NCBI RefSeq assembly: GCF_001194135.2
Contig: NC_068989.1
Coordinates: forward strand, 5,772,629-5,815,805
Source of the DNA: Octopus bimaculoides
Lineage: Eukaryota
Direction: 5' to 3'
DNA length: 43,177 nt
A program made the translations under genes and the position numbers. Numbering within the stretch: the first letter of the stretch is position 1; the number at the start of each line of letters is the position of its first letter. The notes under the pieces were generated by a model. The model had not been told where the DNA came from. It ran no database searches and saw only the letters and a list, made by a program, of their open reading frames with translations. Positions 1 to 10,949 of the stretch are shown piece by piece.

Positions 1-38
1 TATATATACATATATATCATATATATATGATATGTATG

Positions 39-88
<50 letters not shown>

Positions 89-103
89 TATCATATATAT
101 ATA

Positions 104-134
<31 letters not shown>
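1..134. repeat. (TA)n-rich microsatellite
   Basis: Near-pure TA dinucleotide run with CA/TG interruptions. Confidence 0.95.
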
Positions 135-138
<4 letters not shown>

Positions 139-714
139 GTGTGCATGTGTGTACCTTTCTCAACTGTTTCTAACCTCTTTCTCTGTCACACATACACACA
201 CACACATACACCCGCAATCACCCATCACCATCATCGGCACCAACACCATGTTTCTGGCTATTATTTTTTACTGAAGAATATTTGACTCTTAATTCACTAA
301 TTTATTGGAATTGCAGAGGAGGAGAAGAGTAAAAGTCTGTTTGTTTTTTTTGTTTTTTCCATTCCCCCCCCCCCCCAAATAACCAAATGCAAATTGATGG
401 ATTTTCCACTCTCCCCCAAAAATACTTGTCGTCAGTATAACCATCAGCATCATCACCATCATTGGATGTCTTAGCCAACCTCACATTGTTATAGTTATAT
501 TCATCGTTGTCATTGTCGTCATCGCCGTTATCATCATAGATATCATGAATATGAAACCATTATGATGATGTCTTTGATCAGAGGTCTTTGATCAGGACTG
601 AACTGGGGCTAAACAACAACAATAACAATAACAACAAAAATAAATGTAAATGTAGGAACAACAACAACAACAACCTGACAGCAATAATAATAGTATTTTC
701 TTTTATGTTAAATA

Positions 715-975
715 TAATTCGCCATAAAAGAAATTATTCTTTTTATAAAAGATTTAATAGGCAGAGGAATGACATCAGGAAAAATAACACTACTAAGATG
801 GAAGTTGCTCGGCATTTTACATGAAACATCTGTGAATTTGACAAACACCTGAAAGCACACCTTCTTAGAAAATATCTGGACTTCACTTTAGTTTCAGTCT
901 TCAAGGCATATGATGATAAATATATTTGGAAGGGTCTAGCAAGAAGCCCTAGGGCGAGATGAACAAAATGATAGA
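715..975 (+). mobile_element. Decayed Penelope-like element GIY-YIG endonuclease C-terminal half
   Basis: Frame reads YKRFNRQRNDIRKNNTTKMEVARHFT*NICEFDKHLKAHLL...YDDKYI...P then (frameshift) GEMNK. This matches the PLE endonuclease pattern RF..HR.DI....VA.HF...L.V..L...E..WI..L...P.G(L/M)N. Stops and a frameshift are present. Confidence 0.55.
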
Positions 976-1028
976 AGTGTCTATCATATTTATACAAAAC
1001 TTCTTGCCCAGCAATTCTCTTGTTGAAC

Positions 1029-1286
1029 ATTGCTCATGAACTCACAACAGACAAACTGTAGACATGGACCCTTCTCTGAGGACTAGCCCAATAGTTAGTG
1101 AAGGTCCTTAGGGAATTGCCCATGAACTCACAACAGACAAACTGTAGACATGGACCCTTCTCTGAGGACCAGCCCAATAGTTAGCCTGTAGTGAAGGTCC
1201 TTTGTCTACAGTTCATCTGTTATGAGCTCATTGGCAACACCCTACATAGCTCCCTAGGGCATTGCCCATGAACTCACAGCAGACAA
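1029..1286. repeat. Tandem array of a ~147-bp fold-back (MITE-like) unit
   Basis: TTGCCCATGAACTCACAACAGACAA-like motif recurs at ~1030, ~1116 and ~1262. 1116-1160 is an imperfect inverted repeat of 1193-1237. The complete unit 1108-1244 is bounded by TAGGG...CCCTA. Confidence 0.75.
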
Positions 1287-1350
1287 TCTGTCCAACCCAT
1301 GCCAGCATGGAAAGCGGATGTTAAACAACAATGCTGATGATCATGATGAT
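1287..1350 (+). mobile_element. Family B retroposon 3' end
   Basis: TCCAACCCATGCCAGCATGGAAAGCGGATGTTAAAC followed by a decayed (GAT)n tail; same as the end of 26741-27047. Confidence 0.8.
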
Positions 1351-1360
1351 ACATATGCAC

Positions 1361-1512
1361 TGGGCTTCTTTCCATTTCCACCTACTAAATCCACTCACAA
1401 GGCTTTGGTTGGCCTAAGGTTAGGGTAGTAGGTACTTGCCCAAGGTGACACATAGTGGAACTGAACACAGAAGCATGTGGCACGAACACAAACTTCTTAC
1501 CACACAGCCACC
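1361..1512 (-). mobile_element. Family A tRNA-derived SINE, head/core fragment
   Basis: Reverse complement of GGCTGTGTGGTAAGAAG...GTTCAGT...CACCTTGGGCAAGT...GGAAAGAAGCCC; homologous to many other copies in the window. Confidence 0.8.
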
Positions 1513-1640
1513 CTCATGATAAGACAAGGAGACACAAACACACACAAACACTGGTCTTCTCGGAGTTCTTGTTATCCAAATCAACTTATAAGGTTTTGAT
1601 TGTCCCAGGTGTAGAGTAGAAGAGACTTTCTCAAAGAACC

Positions 1641-2020
1641 AGCTTGCTTACCAACTAAAATGGTTCCGGGTTCAGTCCCATTGCGTGGCACCTTGGGCAA
1701 GTGTCTTCTCCTATAGACTTGGGCTGACCAAAGCCTTGTGAGTGGAGTTAGTAGACGGAAACTGAAAGAAGCCCATTGTATATATGTTTATATATGTGTG
1801 TGTGCATGTATATGTTTGTGTGTCTGTGTTTGTCCCCCTAACTCCTCTTAACAACCGATACTGGTGTGTTTATGTCACAGTAACTTAGCGGTTCAGCAAA
1901 AGAGGCCAATAGAATAAGTACTACGTTTACAAAAAATAAGTCCTGGGGTCGATTTGCTCGACTAAAGGTGGTGCTCCAGCATGGCCACAGTAAAATGACT
2001 GAAACAAGTAAAAGAGTAAA
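1641..2020 (+). mobile_element. Family A tRNA-derived SINE, near full length
   Basis: B-box-like GGTTCAGTCCC, CORE-like ACCTTGGGCAAGTG, internal (TA/TG)n, and tail ending GACTGAAACAAGTAAAAGAGTAAA. Confidence 0.85.
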
Positions 2021-2740
2021 TATATATATAAAACATGCCTTGTATCTCCAAGCAATCTTCAAGTTCTGAGCACATGGTCTATTTCTGCCTTAACTTCTGT
2101 CTCCAAACAAGATACTATATATAGCTCATATCTCTACACTGTATACTGGATTCGCTCAATGAAACAATAACACACACACACACACACATACACACATATA
2201 TATATATGTACACCTGACCTTATTTACTCCATATTTGTAGGGCGGTATCATTAATCTAAGTTTATTTGACACAGATTGATTACTCACAAGCCCCCACCCC
2301 ATCACCACCTGCACCTCATCATCATCACCATCCTCATCCACAGAAATCAATGAAGACTCTTTAGTCGACAAGTAGGCATATCAAGTCGTAAAGGTTATAC
2401 GAAGTGCACAGCATTGGTTGTAATTACAGAAAAATATCTATATTTAGGATGTAACCTTGTCTCACTTGTAGAGTGTAGTCAATGAAAACATTGTTTGTCT
2501 TACTTTAAGAAAAACAGCATGCATACACATGCATGTAGAAACACATACACGCAGCTTGCACAAAGAATCTCTCTATTTGCACACATGTACACAAATAACA
2601 CAATGAAAAAAATATTTTTTTAAAATATATAATGCTGTTATGAAAATGTTATATATGTCATTTCACATCTCTCAGCATGGTTGTGTGGGTAAGGAGGTTA
2701 CTTTACAACTAAATGGTTTAATGTTCAGTCCCACATAACT

Positions 2741-3004
2741 TTATTTACATTATTTACATTTGATAGATATTTGTCCTATATGTTGCTCGTTGTTAACACA
2801 ATGTTTTGGCTGATATACCCTCCAGCCTTCATCAGGTGTCTTGGGGAAATTTCGAACCTGGGTTCTCATTGCTAACATATTTTTCGATGCTGTTATTATT
2901 ATTATTATTACTATTATTATTATTATTACTATTCAGGTCACTGCTTGGAATCGAACTCAGAATGCTGGGGTTAGTAGCCCGCGCTCTTAACCACAACACC
3001 ATAT
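2741..3004 (-). mobile_element. Family F tRNA-derived SINE with hammerhead-containing body (copy 1)
   Basis: Reverse complement reads TGGTGTTGTGGTTAAGAGCGCGGGCTAC...GAGTTCGATTCC (A and B boxes), then (AAT)n, CTGATGAAGGCTG...CAGCC, and an AATGTAAAT repeat tail. It is an inverted copy of 3082-3396. Confidence 0.85.
2795..2840 (-). ncRNA. Minimal hammerhead ribozyme motif, probably inactivated
   Basis: CTGATGA core at 2835-2829 and stem II GGCTG/CAGCC are intact, but GAAA is mutated to AAAA and ACGT to ACAT (CpG-type decay). Confidence 0.6.
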
Positions 3005-3081
3005 GCACGTGAGCAATTATGGAGTGAATTTTAGGGCTTATAAATCTAATATTCTCCTATCCTTCCTTAATACCAGTTCCA

Positions 3082-3396
3082 ATATGGCATCATGGTTAAG
3101 AGTGTGGGCTACCAACCCCAAGATTTCAAGTTCGATTCCAGGCAATGACCTGAATAATAATAATAATAATAATAATGATAATAATAATAATAATAATAAC
3201 AACAACAACAACACCGAAAAATACCTTAGGAATGAGAAACCAGGTTTGAAATTTCCCCAAGACACCTGATGAAGGCTGGAGAGTATATCAGCCGAAATGT
3301 TGTGTTAACAACAAACAAGATGAGGACAAATATCCATCAAATGTAAATAATGTAAATAATGTGCATAATTCCTCATCTCTTAAATATAGAACTGTA
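3082..3396 (+). mobile_element. Family F tRNA-derived SINE with hammerhead-containing body (copy 2)
   Basis: TGGCATCATGGTTAAGAGTGTGGGCTAC (A box), AGTTCGATTCC (B box), (AAT)n/(AAC)n spacer, hammerhead motif, AATGTAAATAATGTAAATAAT tail. Confidence 0.85.
3261..3306 (+). ncRNA. Minimal type I hammerhead ribozyme motif
   Basis: Stem I GACAC(3261-65)/GTGTT(3302-06); core CTGATGA 3266-72; extra A; stem II GGCTG(3274-78)/CAGCC(3289-93); GAAA 3294-97; loopless helix III A-T-G-T (ancestral ACGT); GUU cleavage triplet 3299-3301. Confidence 0.7.
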
Positions 3397-4656
3397 CCAC
3401 ATAACTTGTTGCAAGTGACTATATATTCAGTCTCATTTCTGTAATTCTTCATCTTTCTGCTTTCAATCCTTGTTCCATTTTCTTCTTGCTTCATTCCATC
3501 TTTCGGTTCTACATATTCTTTTTGCCTGGAATCTAGCTTCTGTTTCTTCTCGAGTTTCTCGCTGTCATTTTGTAGCGCTACTTTTTCCTTCTATTCAATT
3601 TACATCAAAATTTTGACACCTTCATGTTATAATCTCCATCATCTTTCTGCAGATCAAAATTCTGCAGTTCCTCTGTGACTAAGAATTTCTCCCATCTGTT
3701 TAAGCTGTAATTGCCTAATGAATATTTGATAAGTCATTTTTACACTTCCTTAATCTCATTCCGTCACTCTCAAACCATTTTTCATTATGCTGACGCACAA
3801 ACCTCATTATTTCCTCTCGTCTCATCTTTCTATCTATTTCTCTGTGAGTGTGTGTATGTGTACACACAAACACACATATACGATTTTATTTAGGCATACT
3901 AATAACCACTTGTCAGGACTCAATATAATTATGCTTCAGAGTAAATTGTTACACAATTACAGAGCATAATATCAATTAATGAGTGACAAAAGAACAGTAG
4001 ACACATGATTACTTTCAATAGCTTACAGCTGTTTCCTACAGCTTAATGAAGCAGTGTACTCAGAGCTCAACACCAGAGCAACATCCTACAGCTCCCTATT
4101 TGGTCACAAGTAAAATCTGCTTTCATTTCCCCAATGCCTTCTCTCATATCAACATTTTGATATTATTCATAAATTTTCCTTTTACTCTCTCTCTCTCTCT
4201 CGATTATTCACTTACATTTTATACATCTGTTATTTTATCCCATTACCTCTCTAATTTCCCTTCTCTACTGTAGAGCTCTATTTTTCTTTCCCTCACTTTT
4301 CTACTCTTTCTCATGCTTTCTCTTGCACTCTCCCTCTATATACATGTTTCCCTGTATTTTGCTGTCTGCTTGTCCGATTGCCAGTTTTGTTTGCTGGTTG
4401 GCAGCAAGCTTTTTATATTTCTCTCCCTTTCCCACAGTATAAGTCTTTCACCTATATATTTATCTAATCGAGATATCTTAACAATACTCTCTTGCACACT
4501 CACCTCCACCTCTTTCAGCACAACCACTGCTTTCTCCTTCCATTTTCTGATGGTGTGACAGAATAGAGAAGGAAACCAGCAAACAAAAAAAAAAGGGAGC
4601 TGACCTTTAAAAATACTGATACTTATGCTTACACTTACATACATATGCACACACAT

Positions 4657-4738
<82 letters not shown>

Positions 4739-4790
4739 ACACAAGCATACAAGCTGCATATTTATATACATAATCATAAAATGTGTACAT

Positions 4791-4825
<35 letters not shown>

Positions 4826-5239
4826 GTATATGGGTATATAACATACACACACACTCATCCCTATATATTTACGCATATACTTCTTTGCATGCATTTATTT
4901 ATCTAAACAAGTCCCTTAATGTCCCATAATTAAGGCAGCACTCGAAATATATGTTTATATAAAGATCCATACAAGATATATGGGACACGTTTGAAACACA
5001 CACACACACACACACAGGTGTGTGTTATGTGTTTGTATGTGTGTGCATACATGCCTGTGTGCATGCGGGCCTGTGTGTGCGATTGTGTTAGCATGTGTGC
5101 GTGTGCAAGAGCAGCATTACTGATGCATTCACTGGGCAAAAACAACATCGAAATCAAGGATGTATTTCCTGTTGGTATCACCATTAATAATGTCAAATCA
5201 ATGATTGGTGAGATGAGTGTGTGTAAGCGTGCAATTATA

Positions 5240-5270
<31 letters not shown>

Positions 5271-5379
5271 TTGTGTGCTTATATGTGCATATGTGTGTGT
5301 GCTTGTATGTGTGTGTGTTTGTGTAGGTGTGTAATTAAAAAGAGTGAGGGAGGTGTATATGGCTGTGTTTAAAAGAGAG

Positions 5380-5394
5380 AGAGAGAGAGAGAAA

Positions 5395-5436
<42 letters not shown>

Positions 5437-5710
5437 GAAACAGAGAGAGTGGGCAACGGAGAGAGAGAGAAACAGAGAGAGTGGGCAACAGAGAGAGAGA
5501 GAAACAGAGAGAGAGAGCGAAACAGAGAGAGTGGGCAACAGAAAGAGAGCAAGAGAGAAGGCAACAGAAAAGGAGTGAGCAACAGAAAGAGGGAGCAACT
5601 GAGAGAGTGAAAGAGAGAGAAACAGAGAGAGTGAGCAACAGAGAGAGAAGGCAACAGAAAGGGAGTGAGCAACTGAGAGAGTGAAAGAGAGGGAAAGAGA
5701 GAAACAGACA
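5380..5710. repeat. GA-rich compound minisatellite
   Basis: (GA)n grading into ~30-bp CAGAGAGAGTGGGCAACAGAGAGAGAGAAA units and two ~70-bp higher-order copies. Confidence 0.85.
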
Positions 5711-5794
5711 AACAGACAGACAGAGAATTCCATGAAGTTGCATTCATGTTTCACTGTGTTTCTTTAAATCTTATGTGCATGCATTTATGAGTTG

Positions 5795-5851
<57 letters not shown>

Positions 5852-6169
5852 TGTGTGTGTATGTGTGTGTGTATGTGTGTGTGTGTGTGTGTAAGGAAAT
5901 CAGTGCTCGTGTGCGTGTTTATGTATATGAGTTTCTATAAAAGATTAATATGCATGTAAGCGAGGGAAGAAAAGGGGGGATGCACACAGTGACGAGAGAC
6001 TTGATGCGGTTTTTAAGTACCAAGTGCAGTCATGCATGCTTGATTGCATACCTGCCGTGAATAACGATGCACGTACGCCATGGATGTTGGTATTTCCAAT
6101 AAACACTAACAACATATCATATATCTACATATGAGAGAGACAGAAAAACAGGTAGACAGATACAGAGGT

Positions 6170-6226
<57 letters not shown>

Positions 6227-6639
6227 CAGCCAGACAGACAGATAGATAGATAGATAGAAAGAGAGAGAGAGAGAGATGAATAAATAGATAGATGGATTCA
6301 TATATAGATACATCAATGTATATATATATATATATATACAGATAGACAGACAGATGCACACACAAGTGGGGGGAACGAGTGTGAGTGGGAGGAGGCAGGG
6401 AAAGAGAAAATCAGAGAAGAGTGGGTTGGTGGACGAAGAACGAGGCGCTTATATGGAAAGTGGTACCACTAGGTCAATCAATACAAAAATCTATAGAGGA
6501 GTGGGTAGGCGGTTTGGGGGTAGGGGAGGGGGTGAAGCAGTTGTTCATTTGAATCCAACCTTATTGGTAATAACAAAGTTCAGAATCCTCAGGTAGAATC
6601 ATCAATCACAAGAACTGGTAAAATTGTTATTGCATCGTA

Positions 6640-7035
6640 CAAAACATGTCATGGCATTTGTTTCAGCTCTTAATATTCTGAGTTCAAACCCTACCAAGGT
6701 TAACCTTGCCTTTCATTCATTTAATAAAATAAAGTAGCAATCAAATGCTGGGGTTGATACTATCGATTGTTCCTCTCCAGTAAAATTGCTGGCCTTGTGC
6801 CTGTGTTAGATACTGCTTTTATTATTTATTTCAAAGCTAAAGGTGGCAAGCTTGCAGAATCGTTAGCATACCAGGCGAAATTCTTAGTGATATTTCATCT
6901 GCCACAACGTTCTGAGTTCAAATTCTGCTGAGGTTGACTTTGCCTTTCATACCTTTGGGGGTCGATGAAATAAGTACCAGTTGTGCACTGGGGTCCCTTC
7001 CCCCAAATTTGATGCCTTGTGCTTCCAGTAGAAAA
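6640..7035 (+). mobile_element. Two tandem Family C tRNA-derived SINE copies
   Basis: Each has TTCTGAGTTCAAA (B box) followed by TTGCCTTTCAT...ATAAAATAAGTA(G/C)CA. The second starts AAGGTGGCAAGCTTGCAGAATCGTTAGC. Confidence 0.8.
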
Positions 7036-7049
7036 GATTATTTATTCAG

Positions 7050-7190
7050 AAGCTCACTTTGCAACCCTGTGGTTTCGGGTTCAATCCCATTGTGCAGTAT
7101 CATGGGCAAGTGTCCTCAACTATAACCTCAAGATTACAATGCCTTGTGAGTAAATTTAGTTGATGGGAACTGTGCAGAATCCCATATATA
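7050..7190 (+). mobile_element. Family A SINE fragment
   Basis: GGTTCAATCCC...TGGGCAAGTGTC...GCCTTGTGAGT...GGAACTG. Confidence 0.7.
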
Positions 7191-7192
7191 TT

Positions 7193-7258
<66 letters not shown>

Positions 7259-7269
7259 GATATTATCAT

Positions 7270-7450
7270 CATTATCATCATCATCAGTTAACATCCATTT
7301 TCCATGCTGGTATGGGCTGGATGGTTTTCACAAGAGCTGCACCAGGGCCCATTACCTGGTTTTTGGCTTGGCTTCTACATCTGGATGCCCTTCCTCATGC
7401 CAACCACATAGTAGAGTGTACTAGTGCTTTTAGTGTGGCCCCAGCACCAG
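7270..7450 (-). mobile_element. Family B retroposon, degenerate
   Basis: (CAT)n then TTTCCATGCTGGTATGGGCTGG...CTGGATGCCCTTCCTCATGCCAACCAC. Confidence 0.75.
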
Positions 7451-8201
7451 AGCTTTATCAACCCTGCAAAGATGAAAGGCAAAGTTGACCTTAATCGTGG
7501 TAGAATTTTAACTCGGAACATAGTAGGAATTAATCTGCACAACAGGTACCTAAACTTATTCTCAGTCTAACACCCCAGCTCAACACTGCACCACCTCATG
7601 CATTACATCTTGTGCTACTCCTGAGATAAATCTAAATTAAGATTACTTAACACCAGATTAGCCTTTATCAAGCAGTTTATCTTTCTGACAGCTGCGTGCA
7701 TTCAGGATCACATTGTATAATATGCTCTTCACTTTGGAAGACAATACAGTGTTAAAAGTGATAGATTTGGCTCCAGTTTCTAGCAAGATAAATATCTGCA
7801 TAGAGGCTATCTTGTTGGCATCTGAAGTTGTTTAACCTTGCATTAGTCAGGTAGACCCACGATCTTCATCATACAGACTTATAGATCAAAAGCAGTCCAG
7901 TCAAACTCCTAACATCTTTTCGGAATATAATTTTCAAGATATAGCCTATCAATTTTTGTTTTTTTTTGTTTTTAAAATGGCAGATAGTGATTTGATGAAA
8001 TTGTTGCTATTTATATAAATGCTTGAGGTATAACATAGGGGATCCTTAATCGATCTGAAGTATCAAGTTTTTAGGGGGGAAAAAAAACATTAATCATTTA
8101 AATCAGCCAGAATTCCAGAACTAATGATTTTTATTTACCACATCCCAAATGTCTATTCTGTTCAGGTATTCTGATATCTGCCTTGTTTCTCTGTTCACTA
8201 C

Positions 8202-8236
8202 TGCCCCTGTGATCTTGGTCGGAGATCACAGGGGCA
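8202..8236. other. Perfect 14-bp GC-rich stem-loop
   Basis: TGCCCCTGTGATCT (8202-15) and AGATCACAGGGGCA (8223-36) are exact reverse complements; 7-nt loop TGGTCGG. Confidence 0.9.
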
Positions 8237-8353
8237 TGAAACTTGAGTTGCGTGCTAAACATTTAGTTTAGATAACGTCAAACTGGGATAACCGATCTGA
8301 TCCGTGTCAGCATGGAGAGCAGATGATGATGATGATGATGATAATAATAGTGA

Positions 8354-8387
<34 letters not shown>

Positions 8388-8624
8388 GGTGGTGATGATG
8401 GTAAAGATAGTGATGATGACAATCATAATGATCATGATGATGGTGATGTTAATGATGATGATGATGATGTGATGAGGTAGAAGAGAAATTTCAATTAATA
8501 TTTTCTTTTTTTTTTTTGCAGTTTTCAATGCATCATCGTTTGATTTATTTATGTATCCATCTTCATGCCATTGGTCCATGTGAGTTATTTCCCTTGGCTC
8601 ATTTTACTCTAATTTTCCATAAGG

Positions 8625-9036
8625 TTTATTCTTTTACTTGTTTCAGTCATTTGACTGCGGCCATGCTGGAGCACAGCCTTTAGTCGACCAAATTGACCCC
8701 AGGACATATTCCTTGTAAGCCTAGCACTTATTCTATCGGTCTCTCTTGATGAACCACTAAATTACGGGGACGTAAACACACCAACATCGGTTGTCAAGCG
8801 GTGTTGAGGGGACAAACACACACACACACAAACATATACACACACATACATATATATATATATATAAATATATATACACGACAGGCTTCTTTCAGTTTCC
8901 GTCTACCAAATCCACTCACAAGGCTTTGGTCGGCCCAAGACTATAGTAGAAGACACTTGCCGAAGGTGCCATGCAGTGGGACTGAACCCGGAACCATGTG
9001 GTTGGTAAGCATGCTACTTACCACACAGCCACTCCC
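8625..9036 (-). mobile_element. Family A tRNA-derived SINE, full length, relatively young
   Basis: Complete head-core-(CA/TA)n-tail structure on the minus strand with several CpGs retained. Confidence 0.9.
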
Positions 9037-10029
9037 GTGCATATATATACATAATTTATATAAGGTTGTTCTTTTTTAGTTGAAGGTGAACGATATATTT
9101 GTCTGGTTTGTTGTTTCCGAAACGTTGAGAAATTTACAATTTTCGCACATAATTTTGGTTCCCGCCTCTTTTATTATATCACCTGTCAGTATTAATGGTT
9201 AACATCACTGTTGGCGGTGGTGGTATTGGTGGTGTTAGTGGAGATTATGTAACTGTTGTTTAGTAGCGGTGGTGCTTGTGCTGGTGGTGGTAATGGCTTG
9301 TGGTAATGTTTATGTCAGGATGACACAGTGGTCATAACGCTTATGTGTCGGGTTGGAGAGGTGGAAGTAGTGGAGTTTATGTCAGTGTGTTGTGGTGGTA
9401 CTGCGGAAGTTTGTCAGTATGTGTTATGGTAGTGGTGGTGGAGATGAAATTTGTCAAGATGTAGTTGTAGTGACGTGTATGTCCAGTGTGTGGTGGTGCT
9501 GATGGAGGTAAAGGGTGGGTGGGGGGTGGGGGGTAGCGAGTTCATTTTGTTTGCCAGGATTATAGTTTTCTCTGTCACCAGCAACAATAGATTCTCGGAG
9601 TCGTTAATGCAGATATTGTTCATGTTGTTTAACCCAGGTCAGACCCTATTATCAAGGATATTCTGACCATGGCCACTTCATCATCCCATTTTCGACACTC
9701 TCAATATCACTCTCTCTCTCTTGTTCTCTATTTCTCTCCATCTCATGCACTTGTTCCTTTTTCTCTTTCCCTTTCTCTGTCTGTCTCTCTCACTGTTTTT
9801 CACTCCCTCTCTTTCTCTCACTGATCACACACACTCTATCACTCTGTGTCTCACTTTCCTTGTTTCACTCTCTCTCAATCTCACCCCCTCTCTCTAAATA
9901 TCTCCTTCCTCTCTCTCTCTCTCTCTCTTTCTCTCTCCATTGTACCAGTAATACAAAGAGCTGGCCTTGTTACATCGTCTCACACACAACTACCTCCATG
10001 CTAATTTCACAAACTAACAATTCAGTTGC

Positions 10030-10210
10030 TTAACCCTTTAACATTCAAATCACTGTCAAATGTATTCCTTATTTATTCACATTGCTTCGAATTAAGCATG
10101 CATTATCTTGTACCTTCAAGATTCGAATAACATGATTACTCATATTTAGAATGGCATTATCCGATAGATATAAGAAACCAGATTTGGCTGGTTTCAACAT
10201 AAAACAGAAT
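10030..10210. mobile_element. piggyBac-like MITE, one terminus
   Basis: Starts TTAA|CCCTTT, i.e. a TTAA target plus CCC terminus typical of piggyBac. The other end is not visible. Confidence 0.45.
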
Positions 10211-10240
10211 ACATGGCATTAATCTTTTAGAATTATAGAT

Positions 10241-10428
10241 GCGGGCGTGGCTGTGTGGTAAAAGGCGTGGGCATGGGTGCGTGGTAAGAAGCTTGCTTCT
10301 CAACCACATAGTTTTGGGTTCAGTCCCATTGCATGGCACCTTGGACAAGTGTGTTCTACTATAGCCTCAGGCTAACCAAAGCCTTGTGAGTGGATTTGGT
10401 AGACAAAAACTGAAAGAAGCCTGTCATG

Positions 10429-10430
<2 letters not shown>
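10241..10430 (+). mobile_element. Family A SINE head with duplicated 5' end
   Basis: GGCGTGGCTGTGTGGTAA is followed by a second GGCGTGGG...GTGGTAAGAAGCTTGC, then the core. Confidence 0.85.
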
Positions 10431-10480
<50 letters not shown>

Positions 10481-10481
<1 letters not shown>

Positions 10482-10687
10482 CATCATCGTTTAACGTCCG
10501 CTTTCCATGATAGCATGGGTTGGACAATTTGACTGAGGACTGGTGAACCAGATAGCTATACCAGGCTCCAATCTGATTTGGCAGAGTTTCTACAGCTGGA
10601 TGCCCTTCCTAATGCCAACCACTCCAAGAGTGTAGTGGGTGCTTTTACGTGCCACCGGCACGAAGGCCAGTCAGGCGGTACTGGCAA
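10481..10687 (-). mobile_element. Family B retroposon
   Basis: CATCATCGTTTAACGTCCGCTTTCCATG...CAGCTGGATGCCCTTCCTAATGCCAACC; strong similarity to the reverse complement of 26741-27047. Confidence 0.9.
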
Positions 10688-10747
10688 TCTATATATATNN
10701 NNNNNNNNNNNNNNNNNNNNNNNNNNNNNNNNNNNNNNNNNNNNNNN

Positions 10748-10781
<34 letters not shown>

Positions 10782-10949
10782 ATTTATTACGTGAACTATG
10801 CCGCAATGAAAGAAGTATGAGAAAGATACTGTATATATATTTTTTTTCCGTGCAGGGGTTCCTTGAGACATGTAATTTATTTTAAGGGTTACGCAAGGGT
10901 AAAAAGGTCGAGAAACACTGACCTAGGGCAACATTATCTCATGTCCCCA

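Noticed and set aside
570-680. Possible second Dong-like 3'UTR before (AAC/AAT)n
   Set aside because: No coding remnant and no clear similarity to 40476-40535.
3082-3155. SINE heads (families A, C, E, F) as tRNA genes
   Set aside because: They have A/B boxes but no closed cloverleaf, and they continue into repeat bodies; tRNA-derived SINEs rather than tRNAs.
3400-3720. A-rich minus-strand stretch resembling LINE coding sequence
   Set aside because: Multiple stops in all frames and no RT or endonuclease motif I can identify.
9075-9135. Possible hammerhead (…CCGAAACGTTGAGAAA)
   Set aside because: The 3' half fits, but the upstream core is TTGAAGG rather than CTGANGA and stems I and II do not pair convincingly.
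9512-9536. G-quadruplex-capable G runs (also ~6503-6533 and ~27552-27590)
   Set aside because: Such runs are expected in this low-complexity genome and there is no contextual support for function.
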